A stretch of DNA of 64,000 nt, taken from assembly GCA_030390025.1 (NCBI GenBank), contig CM059432.1, positions 35,590,001-35,654,000 of the forward strand, written 5' to 3'. The notes under the pieces were generated by a model. That model made no database searches, had not been told where the DNA came from, and was given only the letters and a program-made list of their open reading frames with translations. Shown here piece by piece: positions 37,060 through 52,740 of this stretch; the first letter of the stretch is position 1; each line of letters opens with the position of its first letter. The position numbers and the translations under genes are program-made. This DNA comes from Squalus acanthias. Lineage: Eukaryota.

Positions 37060-37223
37060 ATGTGGAGATGCCGGTGTTGGACTGGGGTGGACAAATATGA
37101 GAAGTCGCACAACACCAGGTTATAGTCCAACAGCTTTATTTGAAATCACAAGCTTTCGGAGCGCTGCTCCTTCGTCAGGTAAAGCTGTTGGACTATAACC
37201 CGGTGTTGTGCGACTTCTCACAT
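37060..37223 (-). mobile_element. Penelope-like short insertion with a partial inverted repeat
   Basis: 13-bp TSD ttttctaaatatg (37047-37059, 37224-37236); inverted arm 37181-37220. Confidence 0.8.
37146..37182 (-). ncRNA. Minimal type I hammerhead ribozyme motif
   Basis: Minus strand UUAC-CUGACGA-A-GGAGC-(AGC)-GCUCC-GAAA-GC-UU-GUGA. Confidence 0.62.
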
Positions 37224-39506
37224 TTTTCTAAATATGTTATACCCTGCAATATTTAATTCCCAGTCATGATTTTCTGTAGCCATGTCTCAGTAATCCTTAC
37301 TATGTCTGTTTCCTCTCAACGCATGATTGCCTCCAGCTCCCCTGTTTTATTACGGACACTGTATGCATTGCTGTACAGACTGTTTAACTCATTTTTAATA
37401 GAATTTCCTCTCACTTTATGTTTAACCATCTTTAGACTCCTGTTCTATAACTATTTATTCCCTTGCCATCAATGTCCTCCCTTACTTTATTCTTTCCTAT
37501 GCTCTCTTTCCTGTTTTGTTTATAATTAGGCTGGTTATGTTTCTTGTAGATCCCTCCCCCCCCCCCCCCCCCCCCCCCTCCTGCCCCTCACCTTACTAGT
37601 TTAAAGCCTTTACCACCTCCCTATTTACCCTTTCCGCTAGGACACGGATCCCATCCCGGTTCAGGTGGAGCCCGTCCCATTGGTACAGCTCCTTCCTGTC
37701 CCAGAACTGGTGCCAGTGTCCCATGAAAAGGAACCCCTCTTTCCCACACCAGCCCTTTAGCCACACGTTAATTCTCCTGATCTGTCTGCCTCTATGCCAA
37801 TTTGCACGTGGCTCGGGCAATAATCCAGAGATTATTACCCTCGAGGTCCTGCTTTTTAATTTAGAGCCTGATGCTCTTTCAGCAGGACCTCCTCCCTGTT
37901 CCTACCTATATCGTTTGTACCAACATGGACCATGACAACTGGATTTACCCCCTCCCTTTCCAGGTTTCTCTCCAGCCGCTGTGAGATATCCCTTACCCTG
38001 GCACCGGGTAGGCAACACAACTTTCAGGATTCTCATTTTTGGCTGCTATCTATCTCCCTAATTATAGAGTCCCTATCACTACCACATTTCTATTCTGTTC
38101 TCCCCGACACCACCCCCCCCCCGCCCCCCCCCCCACCTTGGACAGCCTTCTGAGCCACGGTGCCTTGGTCTGCATTTTGGCTGTCCTCCCTGCAGTCTTT
38201 CTCCTTGTCCTCACAGGTAGCGAATACTTCGTACCTGTTGGATAGAACCAGTGTCTGCGGGACTTCCTTCTCAACCTTTCCTAAATCCCCGCTACCCGGC
38301 TCCCTAACAGTCACACCCTCCCCTTCCTGAACCTGTGCTTTCCTCTGGGGTGTGACTGTATTCTGGATAAAACTGTCCAGAAATTCCTCCCCCTCCCTTA
38401 TGTGTCGGAGTGTCTCCAACTCGCACTCCAGCTCAATGACTCTGAGCTGGAGAGATTCGAGATGGAGACATCTCCTGCAGACGTGTTCGCTCGGGACAAT
38501 CTCGCTGTCCACAAACTCCCGCATACTGCAGTCCAGACACACAACCTGCTCTGCCATATCTTAGTCTTGCCTTATTTTATTTATTTAATTAGATAAAGTC
38601 TTTATTCAATTTATAGTTATATTAATAGTTTAACTAGTTAAGCTATAAATTTAATACAGTACTTTGTAGTTTCCTGCATCGAGTTTAAACTACTGTCCTA
38701 GGTTAGAGAGGAAAAAAAACCCTTAATACTCAACAACCAATCACCTACCTGCTGTCCTGTGACATCACTCCTTGTTTTTTTGGAAATCGTCGAAGGTTCG
38801 GCCGCCGCTGATACCGCCTCCACCTAACTTTGTATCATCAGCAAACTTGGATACATTACACTCTGTCCCTTCATCTAAGTCATTAATATAGATTGTAAAT
38901 AGCTGAGGCCCAAGCACTGATCCTTGCAGCACCCCACTAGTTATAGCCTGCCATTCTGAAAATGACCTGTTTATCCCAACTCTCTGCTTTCTGTCCATTA
39001 ACCAATCCTCTATCCATGCGAATGCATTACCTCCAATCCCATGAGCCCTTATCTTGTGTAACAACCTTTTATGTGGCACCTTTTCGAATGCCTTTTGGAA
39101 ATCCAAATATACTACATCGACTCCTTCCCCTTTTATCTACCCTGCTAGTTACATCCTCAAAAAAATGAATAAATTTGTCAAACATGATTTCTCTTTCATA
39201 AACCATTGTTGGCTCTGCCTAATCATATTATGACTTTCTCAGTGCCCTGTTACCACTTCCTTAAAAAGGGATTCCAGCATTTTTCCGATTACTGATGTCA
39301 GGCTAACTGGCCTGTAGTTCCCTGTTTTCTCTCTTCCTCCTTTCTTGAATAGCAGGGTTACATTAGCTACCTTCCAATCCATTGGGACCTTTCCAGAATC
39401 TAGGGAATTTTGGAAGATCACAACCAATGCATCCACTATCTCTGCAGCCACCTCTTTTAGAACCCTTGGATGTAGTCCATCAGGTCCAGGGGATTTGTCA
39501 GCTTTG

Positions 39507-39903
39507 AGTAGCACTCTAGCCTCTATCAGAACGTTGTGGACTCAAGCCCCACTCCAGTGACTTGAGCATACAACCTCAGCTGACACTTCATTGCAGCACT
39601 GAGGGAGTGCTGCACTTTTTGAAGTGCCTCTGTCTGTCTATCCTCTCAGGTAGACAGAAAAGATCCTATGACACTATTTGAAGAAGAGCTGGGGAGTTCT
39701 CCCCGTGTCCTGGCCAACATTGTTCACTCAACCAGCACCACCAAAAACTGGTTGTTTATCTCAGTGCTGTTTGTGGGACCTTGCTCTGCACAAATTGACT
39801 TTCACATTTGCCTACAAAACAATAGTGACTACACTTCTAAAGTAATTTGAGATATTTGAGGATGTGAATGAACGGTGCTGTATAAATGTAAGTTTGTTCT
39901 TTC
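39507..39903 (+). mobile_element. DeuSINE (SacSINE1-like), diverged
   Basis: Colinear with 53114-53547. Confidence 0.72.
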
Positions 39904-40312
39904 TCGCCTACTTGGTCTCTTTTTTCTCTCTGTCTTTCTCCCTCTGTCTCCCACTCATTCTGGCTCCTTTTCTGTGTCTGCATCTTCCTGCCTCTCATTC
40001 TTTCGCTCTGTCTCACTTGCTCACTTTTCCCTTCTCACCTCTCTGGCTCCGTCTCATTGTGTCTCTGTCCCAACATGTTTCTGTCATTGTCTTCCTCGCA
40101 CTCATTGTCTTCCTCGCACTCGTTGTCTTCCTCCTCGCAAGCAGCCTCCCTCGCACTCCTCACCCCCCTCTCCCCCCTCAGCCCCCTCTCCCCCTCTGTC
40201 TCTTTCTTTATCTCTGTCTCTTTCTTTATCTCTGTCTCTTTCTTTATCTCTGTCTCTCTCACTCTCATGCATTGTTTCTCCCCCTCTACATTTTTCTCTC
40301 GTGGTCTCTCTG
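39904..40312. repeat. CT-rich low-complexity tract with short tandem units
   Basis: (tctctgtctctttcttta)x3 and (ttgtcttcctcgcactc)x2-3. Confidence 0.85.
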
Positions 40313-40462
40313 GGACATGGAGATAATCAGTGACACTTTCCCGGGTAAAGGACTTTTGCTGGAATTGAGGATGCTGGGTTAATGAGACAAACTCACAGAA
40401 AACACAGCCTCAAGGAGCAGTGCAGTAACTCACTTTGTTTCTATTTGTGTTTTGTTCTTTAG

Positions 40463-40545
40463 GTCCAAACAACCTGTTGCCATTTAAGCCTGACAGTGAG
40501 CTGTCAGATCTGAGTAGCAAGCTGCTCCTTTATTACACTCCCAAG
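40463..40545 (+). CDS. NBEAL2: NBEAL2 coding exon 7 (GPNNLLPFKPDSELSDLSSKLLLYYTPK), 83 nt
   Basis: gttctttag acceptor, AAG|gtgagt donor; phase 1 to 0. Confidence 0.93.
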
Positions 40546-40944
40546 GTGAGTCTGTGCAACAGGATTATTATTCTTTTAAATAAAGTGTTGTAATAAATTC
40601 AGGAAGGTTCAAGTTCCCTCAATGGCTCAACTGAGAAAATAAACATACCACTGAGCCACACAGATCTAAAAAATGAAGAATGGTCACTTGGAGAGGTGTC
40701 ACAAGTTACAACCACCTGTAGAGCTATAGCCAAGGGGGGTGGAGAGGAGACAAAGGAGAACCCCATGACGGGGAAACTGATGGCGGGGGGTTGGGGGAAT
40801 GGACCCAGGTGATTTCTTCCAGAGGCGTATAATGGCATCCTCCCTGTTTGTGAGCTAAGCATGGGAATTGTGCCTTTAAGACACTCATATTAGTTACATG
40901 GACATTCATCCATTTTTATGCTTTAATCTCTTTTATTTTTTTAG

Positions 40945-43167
<2,223 letters not shown>

Positions 43168-43397
43168 AACAGTCAGTCCTGTTATAGACAGTCGGTGCTG
43201 GGACAGTATGTAAACAGTTGCCTGTAACAATGCAGTTTCAGGCTCTGACCAGTAGGTGGTGGTGTGGAGCAATTCTCTGAAGGCTCTCAAGTCCATTGAC
43301 ATTTTGCATATCAAAAACTTTTATTCATCAACTAACTGTGGGCGACATGTGGAGGCAATTTACTCCTATATTCATTGATAAATTATTTGCCTTTCAG

Positions 43398-43569
43398 GAT
43401 GTGATCAGCTGTATGGGGGGGATGGGCACCCTCCTACTGCTGCTGGAACAAGTGGCATCCAAGACTGATGATTCAGAGGAGAATCAAGAGACGACTGACC
43501 TGGTGGGACCAGAGCTGACGTCGTCGCAGAACTTCCAGGGGATGCTCCTGCCCCTGGGGAAGTCTTCAG
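43398..43569 (+). CDS. NBEAL2: NBEAL2 coding exon 9 (DVISCMGGMGTLLLLLEQV...DLVGPELTSSQNFQGMLLPLGKSS), 172 nt
   Basis: cctttcag acceptor, G|gtaaac donor; DLVGPELTS...LPLGKSS matches NBEAL2 rather than NBEAL1 as I recall them. Confidence 0.95.
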
Positions 43570-43624
43570 GTAAACCCAGTGAGTTTCACTGGGAGGGAGA
43601 AGTAGGGCTCAACAGGGAGGGCTA

Positions 43625-43750
43625 GGGGTAATTTTCAAATTGACACATTCTGCAGAAAACTAGCAGAAATGAACATCGGTTGGTTCCTATAATGGGCGGG
43701 CAATTCGCTCAGCAGATTACCGTCCAAGCGGGTAAGGTGAAAATCACCCC
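43625..43750. mobile_element. Short MITE-like element
   Basis: ggggtaattttca / tgaaaatcacccc inverted termini (12/13). Confidence 0.5.
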
Positions 43751-43790
43751 CCAGGGAGTTTTGTGGTCTTGGGGATCAATGAGTTGGAGT

Positions 43791-45944
43791 CTTTTCTTTT
43801 GTATGGTAGTAGCAAAGCAAATCAGATGTCAATATCTAAGTCAGATATCCAGGCCAAAGCTTCCAGTGTAACAGTGTGGATATCTTGTAGGTTTCCTGCG
43901 AATTTCCTCAGAGGGCAGTGCTCAATAATGTGCTCCAGGGTTTGATCAGGAGCTCCACAGTCGCATGATGGGAATGCTTTAATCTTCCATCTATGGCGAA
44001 GGTGGCAGCATCTACCATGGCCGGTTCTGAGGCGGTTCATGGTTGTCCACTGTTTGCGAGGAAGGTTTGATCCTTCAGGTTGTACTGTGGGGTCCTCTGT
44101 AAGGAATCCATTCCATATGTCACGGTTTTTCTTACATAGGATATACGGCACAGAAACAGACCATTCAGCCCAACCAGTCCATGCCGGTGTTTATGCTCCA
44201 CACGAGCCTCCTCCTGTCTTTCCTCATCCAAATCTATCAGCGTAACCCTCTATTCCCTTTTCCCTCATATGCTTGTTTAGCCTCCCCTTAAATGCATCCA
44301 AACTATTCGCTTCAACCACTCCCTGTGGTAGTGAGTTCCACGTTCTCACCACTCTTTGGGTAAAGAAGTTTCTTCTGAATTCCCTATTGGATTTCTTGGT
44401 GACTATCTTATATTGATGGCCTCTAGTTATGCTCCTCCCCACAAGTGGAAACATTCTCTCTCTATCCACTCTACCAAACCTTTCATAATTTTATATGAAT
44501 TATTAAATATGCGTAGTAATGCCTCTGCTATCTCTTCCCTAGATTCTTTTAAAATGCGTGGATGCAATCCATCTGGACCAGAGATTTTATCCTCTTTGAG
44601 TTTGATTAATTTATTTAATGTATCCCCTTTTTTATTTTAAATGCACTTATCTCATTACTAATCTCATCATCCAATTTCATGTCCACCTGTTCTATCTCCC
44701 TGGTAAATACTGAAGGAAAATAATTATTTAATATTTCTGCCATCTCTCTATCGTTACCTGTGGTATTATCCTGACTATCCCTTAATGGCCCTATTCCCAT
44801 CCCAACCTTCCATTTTTTATTGATGTGCCTCTAAAATATTTTATTATTTTGTTTTATGTTCCTTGATAATTTCATTTCATAGTTCCTCTTTGCCTTCCTA
44901 ATTGTTTTTTTGACTTGTCTCCTAATCTTTTCGTATTCTCTCTTATCATGCACTCCCCTGATGTCTGTGTACTTAATGTATGCCTCTTTCCTTACACTCA
45001 ATTGTTCCCTTATGACTTTATTCATAACTCATTATTGTTTAGTTTGTTCTTTCCTTTTAGCGGAATATATTTTTCCTGCACTCTGTTGAACACCGTTTTA
45101 AATGTTTCCCATTGCTGTTCTACATCGTTGTTTGCCAATATTGTTGACCATTTTTGTTTCCCAAGTTCTATTCTCAGCCCCTCAAAATCAGCTTCTCTCC
45201 AATCTATTACCCTGGTTTTCGTCATACTTATGTCTTTCTCAATTATCATCTTAAAGCGTATTATATTATGGTCACTATTGCCTATATGTTCCTCTACCTT
45301 TACTTCTCTTATCTGCTCTGGTTCATTCCCCATTACTAGATCCAATATCGAATCCTCCCTTGTTGGGCTTTTTACATATTGGGTTAGAAAGTTCTTCCAA
45401 GCATTTTGCCATCGGTCATCAAGGCTAAGGGGAGATCACTGAAGGGCTTCGGCGACAGTCCAAAATAGCCTTCTAGATTTGAGACGGGTTGGTGGGAGGT
45501 TGTTCAAGTCGGCCTGGATCGGCATGTCTTTGCTGGTGAAGCGGTTGTATTCTCTGGAGACTGCATATTCGCGGTGTAGGTGTGGTGGTGCAATGTTTGC
45601 AACCACGGGCAGCCAAGATGTTGGTGTCGATAAAAGCGTACCGGTGATAATCCTCATAGTAGAATTCAGCTGGACATCAACGGATTTGACATGCGGACTT
45701 GATCGCCATGCCGGAGAGCAGTACTCCGCTGTAGAGTACACCAGGGCGAGTGCTGCCGTACGGAGGGTTTGAGCGTCTGCTCCCCATGTGGATCCGGCGA
45801 GTTTCTGGATCAAGTTGACCCTACTCTTTAGTTTCTTCGCAAGATTCTGGAGATGCTGTCTGTATGACAGGGTGCGATTAAGTGTGACTCCTAAATAGGA
45901 GGGTTTTTTGGCATGGTTTACCTCTGTGCTGCAAAAGGAGACTT
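43791..45944 (-). mobile_element. Vingi-like (Ingi-group) non-LTR retrotransposon, 5'-truncated
   Basis: YLGVTLNRTLSY...KLAGSTWGA...LALVYSTAEYC...IAPPHL and a C-terminal CDCG...QTLEHIIEHCP zinc knuckle, no RNase H; perfect 15-bp TSD tcaatgagttggagt. Confidence 0.8.
44134..45391 (-). mobile_element. Internally deleted CR1 (same subfamily as element d) nested in the Vingi-like element
   Basis: 3' tail jumps to the endonuclease/linker region at about 44495; ttctt direct repeat on both flanks. Confidence 0.8.
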
Positions 45945-46799
45945 TCAATGAGTTGGAGTAGGGGATGGTTCGAGGAGTCCTGATTTCAACATTGGCAATC
46001 CAGAGAGGTGTGTTGTGAATTGCACTGCCCTGTGCATTAAGCCACCGAAACAAAAAAGATCCACATCTGTGCTGTGTTAGCTGGTCTCAGCCAGAACAAT
46101 TGGCCTCAGTTCCCCATGGGCTAGGGCGGAGAAAAATCAGCCCACGTCGAAGCCCCTCATCACTGGCCAGTGACTCCCACTGGAAAGCGAGTGCATGCGG
46201 ATGTCAAGTGAAGACATCATCCGGCTCAACTGTGGTGGTCCCTGCGGTCGATTAGCTTCTGAACACACACTGTTGGGTGCAAGAGTTCTAAAGGGTTGCT
46301 GTGCCTGTGGAACTGTTCCCCAATATGTCCACTCCTTCAGCAGAAAATGCAGGGAGAGGGGGTGGGGAATGAGAGAGAATACTGACGCACTCTCGATCAT
46401 CTTGCAGCACTTATGTTGGATCCAGGGTGTTCCCATCATGCTTTAAGCTGGGTTTGTGAAACAGAAGTAAGTGTATTTCCAGATTTTTTTAATAAACTGA
46501 ATTCAAATTCTCAAACTGCCATGATGGGATTTGAATTTACGTTCTGTGGATTACTAGTCCAGGCCTCTGGATTACTAGTCAATAACCACTACATAACTGC
46601 TCATGATTGCTTTCCATTGACTCCTGCTGGGGAAGTGCGTGTGTATGGATGTCAGGTGAGGACGGCTGCATAACCTGGCATCCTCCAGGCTTGTGCATGA
46701 AAAATGGCTCGGAGATTGTATCCCAGCAAGAGTCTGTGCCCTCAGAGAGGAGGGGAGGAAACGAAAAAAAGGAGTGTAAATTTAAAAAAAATGAGCATA

Positions 46800-47115
46800 A
46801 CCTTGCCTCTCCCTGTCTTTGTAACCTCCTACAACCATCCGAGAACTTTGTGTTCTTAGAACTCAGGCCTCTTGTCCATCCCCCACCTCATCCCACCATT
46901 GCCTTCAGCCGTCTCGGCCCTAAACTTTGGAAATCCCTCCCTAAATCTCTATGCCTCTCCTCCTTTAAGACACTCCTTAAAAGCTGCCTCGTCACCTCTC
47001 CTAGTGTCTCCTTCTTTAGCTTGGTGTCAATTTTTTATCTTATTATAATCCCGTGAAGTGCTTTGGGACGTTTTACTACGTTAAAGGCGCTCTATAAATG
47101 CAAGTTGTTGTTGTT
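46800..47115 (+). mobile_element. L2 3' fragment
   Basis: gggacgttttactacgttaaaggcgctctataaatgcaagttgttgttg tail. Confidence 0.75.
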
Positions 47116-47269
47116 GAACAGGAAGTGCCCGATTTAAAAAAAAAATAAACAATGACATCATAGATTTTAATGAGTGTCAGATTGGCTCAGTTTCACTCAG
47201 AAGGTTGTGAGTTCAAGCCCCACTCTAGGTCTTGAGTTTCTGGCACAGAGTTTCACCCATAGGGAGCAT

Positions 47270-48916
47270 CTATCGGTAGAAGTGGAAAAGGTAGAAGCAA
47301 TGGAAGGGGTGAAAATTGATAAGACAGGATGTACGAGAAAGGTTGGATATGCTTAGAGTGGATAAGACGCCTGGTCCAGATGGCTTGCCTCCCAGGTTGC
47401 TAAGGGAATTGGGGGAGGAGATAGCGGAAGGGCTTGCCATAATTTTCCTATCTTCCCTAGATGAGGGGGAGGTGCCTGAGGATTGGAAAGTGGCAAATGT
47501 GACACCATTGTTCAAGAAAGGGTGTAAGGGCAATCCTAGTAACTACAGTTTAACATCAGTGGTGGGTAAAGTTTTAGAAATATTAATCAAGGAAAACATT
47601 AACGGGTACTTGGAGAGGTTTAAGCTAATTAAGGAGAGCCAACACAGATTTGTAAAAGGCAGATCGTGTTTGACTAATCTAATTGAATCTTTTGACGAAG
47701 TAACGGGGGGATTGATGAAAGGAATGCAATGGATGTTGTCTACATGGATTTCGGAAGGCGTTTCACAAAGTACCACATAGAAGGCTGGTTAACAAAATTG
47801 AGGCTCATGGAATAGGTGGGTCAGTGGCAGCTTAGATAAGGAATTGGCTTAAGGATAGAAAACAGCGAGTTGTGGTAAATGGCTGTTTTTCAGACTGGAG
47901 GATGGTAGACAGTGGTGTTCCCCAAGGGTCAGTGCTGGGGCCACTGCTTTTTGTGATATATATAAATGACCTGGATATTGGAATACAGAGTAGAATTTCT
48001 AAATTTACCGATGACACCAAACTTGGGGGTGTGGCAAACAGTGATGATGATACCAATGGAGTGCAACAGGACATAGAAAGGCTAGCAGAATGGGTAGACA
48101 AGTGGCAGATGGAATTTAATACAGAGAAGTGTGAGGTGATGCATTTTGGCAGAAGGAACAGGGAGAGGCAATATACACTTAATGGCACAGTTTTAAAGAG
48201 TGTGCAGGGACAGAGGGACCTGGGAGTTAATGTGCATAGGTCCCTGAAGGTGGCAGGACATATTGAGAGAGTGGTTAACAAAGCATATGGGATCTTGGGC
48301 TTCATAAATGGAGGTATTGAGTACAAAAGTAGAGAAGTTATGCTGAACCTTTATAAAGTGCTGGTTAGGCCACAACTGGAGTATTGCGTCCAGTTCTGGT
48401 CACCACACTTTAGGAAGGATGTGAAGGCCCTTGAGAGGGTGCAGAGGAGATTTACCAGAATGGTTCCGGGGATGGGGGATCTTAGCTACAAGGACAGGTT
48501 GGAGAAGCTGGATTTGATTTCATTAGAGCAAAGGAGGTTGAGAGGTGATTTGATAGAGGTGTACAAGATTATGACGGGTTTTGATAGGCTAGACGGGGAA
48601 AGGCTGTTCCCACTAGTTGATGGTACAAGGACTAGGGGACACAGATTTAAGGTTTTGGGCAAGAGATACAGGGGGGAGGTGAGGAAAAACTTTTTGACGC
48701 AGTGAGTGGTGAGGACCTGGAACTCGCTACCGACGGAAGTGGTGGAAGCGGAGACACTCAATGTTTTCAAGGGGAGACTGGATAGGCACTTGAGGGAAAT
48801 AAACTTGCAGGGGATAGAGCGGGGGAATGGGACTGACTGGATTGCTCTACAGAGAGCCGGCACGGACTCGATGGGCCGAATGACTTCCTTCTGTGCCGTT
48901 ATGACTCTATGACTAT
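47270..48916 (+). mobile_element. 5'-truncated CR1 LINE (sense orientation)
   Basis: ORFs 47316..47780 and 47872..48705 (KFTDDTK); (atgactct) tail. Confidence 0.9.
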
Positions 48917-49145
48917 CAAGCACAAGGGTCAGCTCTTTCCAAAGGATTTTGCATCCATAAATGGCCGTAAAATTCTACGGGACCTGCGGATCTCTGCATT
49001 CACATTCACGATTATAGTCTCCTAGCGAATGGAGCTTTGCGCCATTAAGTGTGAACTTGGAAAGGTACTGGTCAGGGCTGTGATGGAGAGACGGTGAAGT
49101 TAGTATACTGTAAGGATGAGATCAAATGAGCCATCTTCATTCTAA

Positions 49146-49442
<297 letters not shown>

Positions 49443-49945
49443 TGAGTTAGATGCTGGCCTTTCAACTCGGGGTTTTCAATGCAACCCATGGTGGCCTGAA
49501 GCTATGCCCTGTCTAATTCTTGTAAGAGTCCTTTGTGGTGTAGAGTTTGGTGGACAAAATTCGACTCCCAATGGCCACAGGCCTACAGCACACAACTGCC
49601 CCCAAATTTGGAAAGAACACGGATGGTCACACTGATGCAGTGCGGGGCGTTCTTCTGAGGTTGGAACATAGGAGCAGAAGTAGGCCATTCAGCCCCTTGA
49701 GCCTGCTCCGCCATTCAATTAGACCATGGCTGATCTCTACCTCAACTCCATTTACCTGACTCTGCTCCATATACCTTAATTCCTTTGCCCAACAAAAATC
49801 TGTTGATCTCAGTCTTGAAAATTTCAATTGTTCCAGCATGCACAGCCTTTTTGGGGCAGAGAATTCCAGATTTCGATTTCCCTTTGTGTGACAAGGTGCT
49901 TCCTAATTTCCCTCCTAAACGGCCTAGCTCTAATTTTGAGATTAT

Positions 49946-50882
49946 TACATAGAATACACAGCACAGAAACAGGCCATTCGGCCCAATCAGTCCATGCCGG
50001 CGTTTATGCTCCACTTGAGTCTCCTCCCATCCTTCCTCATCTAACTCTATCAGCATAACCCTCTATTAATCTATTTGCATCAACAACTCCCTATGGTAGC
50101 GAGTTCCACATTCTCACCACTCTCTGGATAAAGAAGTTTCTTCTGAATTCCCTATTTGATTTCTTGGTGATTACCTTATATTGATAGCCTCTAGCTTTGC
50201 TCTTCCCCAAAAGTGGAAACATTATCTCTGTGTCTACTCTATCAAAACCTTTTATAATTTTAAAGACATCTATTCGGTCACATCTCAGCCTTCTTTTTTC
50301 AAGAGAAAAGAGACCCAGTCTGTTCATCCTTTCCTGATGGATATACTCTCGCATTTCTGGTATCATCTTTGTAAATCTTTTTTGCACCCTCTCCAACGCC
50401 TTATATCCTTTTGAAATATGGCGACCAGAACTGTACGCAGTACTCCAAGTGTGGTCTAATCAATGTTCGATATAAGTTTAGCATAACTTCACTACTTTTC
50501 AATTCAATCCCTCTAGAAATAAACCCTAGTGCTTGGTTTGCTTTTTTATGGCCTTATTAACTTACTTCACTACTTTTAGTGATTTGTGTATTTCTACTCC
50601 CAGATCCCTTTTGCTCCTCTACCCCATTTAGAATCTTATTTTCCAAGTAATATGTGACCTTCTTATTTTTCTTACCAAGATGTAATACCTCACACTTATC
50701 TGTGTTGAAATTCATTTGCCACTTACATGCCCATTCTGCTAGTTTATTAATGTCATCTTGTAATTTGTTGCAGTCCTCCTCAGTATTGACTATACGCCCC
50801 TGTCCCCCTCCCCCCCAAATTTGGTGTCATCCGCAAATTTAGAAATTGTGTTTTTGATTCCAAAGTCTAAATCGTTAATATA
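49946..50882 (-). mobile_element. CR1 3' fragment nested in an older CR1 fragment (49664-49945, 50883-51085)
   Basis: ORF 50091..50396 with RNFFIQRVVRMWNSLP; CR1 tail. Confidence 0.78.
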
Positions 50883-51121
50883 AAATGTGACCTCATTCTT
50901 GAATTTCCCCCATCAGAGGAACTAGTTTCTATGTATCTACTCAGTTTGAATCCTTTTAACATTTTAAACATGTCTATTAGATCACCTTTCAGTCTTCGAT
51001 ACTCAAGGGAATACAAGCTAAGTTTATGCAACCTGTCCTTATAATTTAACCCTCTAAGCCCGGTATCATTCTGATGAATCTGCAAACTCGGGTTGAAGCT
51101 GAGACACATTTGCAGGGGAAC

Positions 51122-51327
51122 CTGTAGAGGGAGCTTTACACTGTATCTAACCCGTGCTACACCTGCTCTGGGGTGTTTAATGGGACAGTATAGAGGGAGC
51201 TTTACTCAATATCTAACCTATGCTGTACCTGTTCTGGAGTGTTTGATGGAGTACTGAAAAGGGAGCTTTACTCGGTATCTAACCCATGCAGTGCCTGCCC
51301 TGGGAATGTTTGATGGGACAGTGTAGT
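51122..51327 (+). repeat. ~65-bp tandem repeat (3 units), same unit as 21173-21370
   Basis: gtagagg(g)agctttac...tatctaaccc.tgct.tacctg...gtgtttgatgggaca. Confidence 0.8.
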
Positions 51328-51351
51328 TCTATTCCTCACTTTCAGCAGCAC

Positions 51352-51648
51352 AAAAATGTGCGGGTTAGGTTGATTTGGCTATGATAAATTGACCCTTAGT
51401 GTTAGGGGGGGATTAAATATGTGGGGTTACGGGGATAGGATGGGATATGTTAGGGGGAATTAAATACGTGGGGTTACGGGGATAGGGTGGGATATGTGTC
51501 GGTGCAGGCTCGATGGGGATTCTGTGTGGGAAAGCAGGGACAGGGTACTGGATTTGGATGATCAGCCATGATCGTATTGAATGGTGGCGCAGGCTCGACG
51601 GGCCGAATGGCCTACTCCTGCTCCTAGTTTCTATGTTTCTATGTTTCT
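51352..51648 (+). mobile_element. 5'-truncated HE1-type SINE, tail-swapped variant with an internal duplication
   Basis: HE1 body, duplicated gttaggggg...tggggttacggggatagg, second CR1 tail ending (ctatgttt)n. Confidence 0.8.
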
Positions 51649-52294
51649 AACATGCAAACAAGTTTTTATTTTAAAAGAAGGTGATGCCTTGTTTATGTTT
51701 GATTGGAGCAGTTTCAGCCACACAGTCAGGGTTTGTTTAAATTGCCACCCACCCTGCTGCACCGCACTTTGTATATAAAAAAAAATGAATGTTCCCTCTG
51801 TAAGGAGCTGGGGACAGAAGTGGATGTCCCTGTGAGAGCAGCATCACGGAAAAGGAAGTCAGTGGTAAACTTCACACGGCTGCAAGGGATGTGACTTCCT
51901 TTGCAGTTAACGAGGTTGCATTAAACTTAATAAGGTCTCATTACAGTTAATGAGTTTCATTAAACTTAACAAGGTTGTTTTGTCAGATGTCATTATCTTG
52001 GAGTAAACATTTTCTATAAACTTGTTAATTTTAACCAAAAGAAAATGACGACATTTGCAGAAGTTTGGTGGGTGACAATTCCTGCTCAGTTAGAGCTGGA
52101 GTAATTATTCTTCAATCATCTTAGAAGCACAGGCAACAAGAGTAAAGTAATAAAGCGGAATTTATACCAAGGTTAGGCCGCAGTTTGTGTACCCCATTAT
52201 AGAAAGGCCGTTAAAGCCATAGAGAGCGTATAGCATAGATTCACCAGGATGATGCCAGGGATGGGAAACTATAATTATAAGGAGAAACATGAGT

Positions 52295-52740
52295 TATGCC
52301 TAAACTGTGCACTACTCCAGGATCATCCTGGAGAGCAAAAATAATCCCTGGCTTCTTTTCTCCACTGTCAACCGCCTCCTTAAATCCCTTTCCTCTGCCT
52401 CGTCCACCCTCACCTCCAACCACAAGTGTGAAGAGCTCATGGACTCAATCACGAAGATTGAGACCATCTGCTCACCTGCCTCTGCTGCTTCCCCCCCGCC
52501 CCCTCCCTCTTGCCCACCAAGCCAAGCCTCTCGCGAGGCTTCCCCATGCCCTAGCCCTGAACCCACGTCACTCTCCAGTTTCTCCCCATCACACTCCATT
52601 CCCTTTCCAAGCTCATCCTGTCCGTGGCACTTTGACCCCATTCCCACTAAACTGCTGACCATCCAACTTAATTTCCTGGACCCCATACTATCTAACATTG
52701 TAAATGGTTCCCATTGCTCAGGTACTGTCCCCCTCCTTTG
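52295..52740 (+). mobile_element. L2 internal fragment
   Basis: ORF 52307..52741 resembles 34607..35545 (KCEELMD, DPIPTKLL). Confidence 0.72.

Larger units (their letters stand above)
31374..38817 (-). mobile_element. Full-length CR1 LINE (element d) carrying four nested insertions
   Basis: 3' tail, RT (33109..33720), endonuclease (36569..36991), frameshifted zinc finger/esterase ORF1 (37596..38557) and 5' UTR. Confidence 0.87.

Noticed and set aside
39864..40382. Hydrophobic or Ser/Leu-rich ORFs, also at 16..330
   Set aside because: They are artefacts of CT-rich low-complexity DNA that lacks stop codons.
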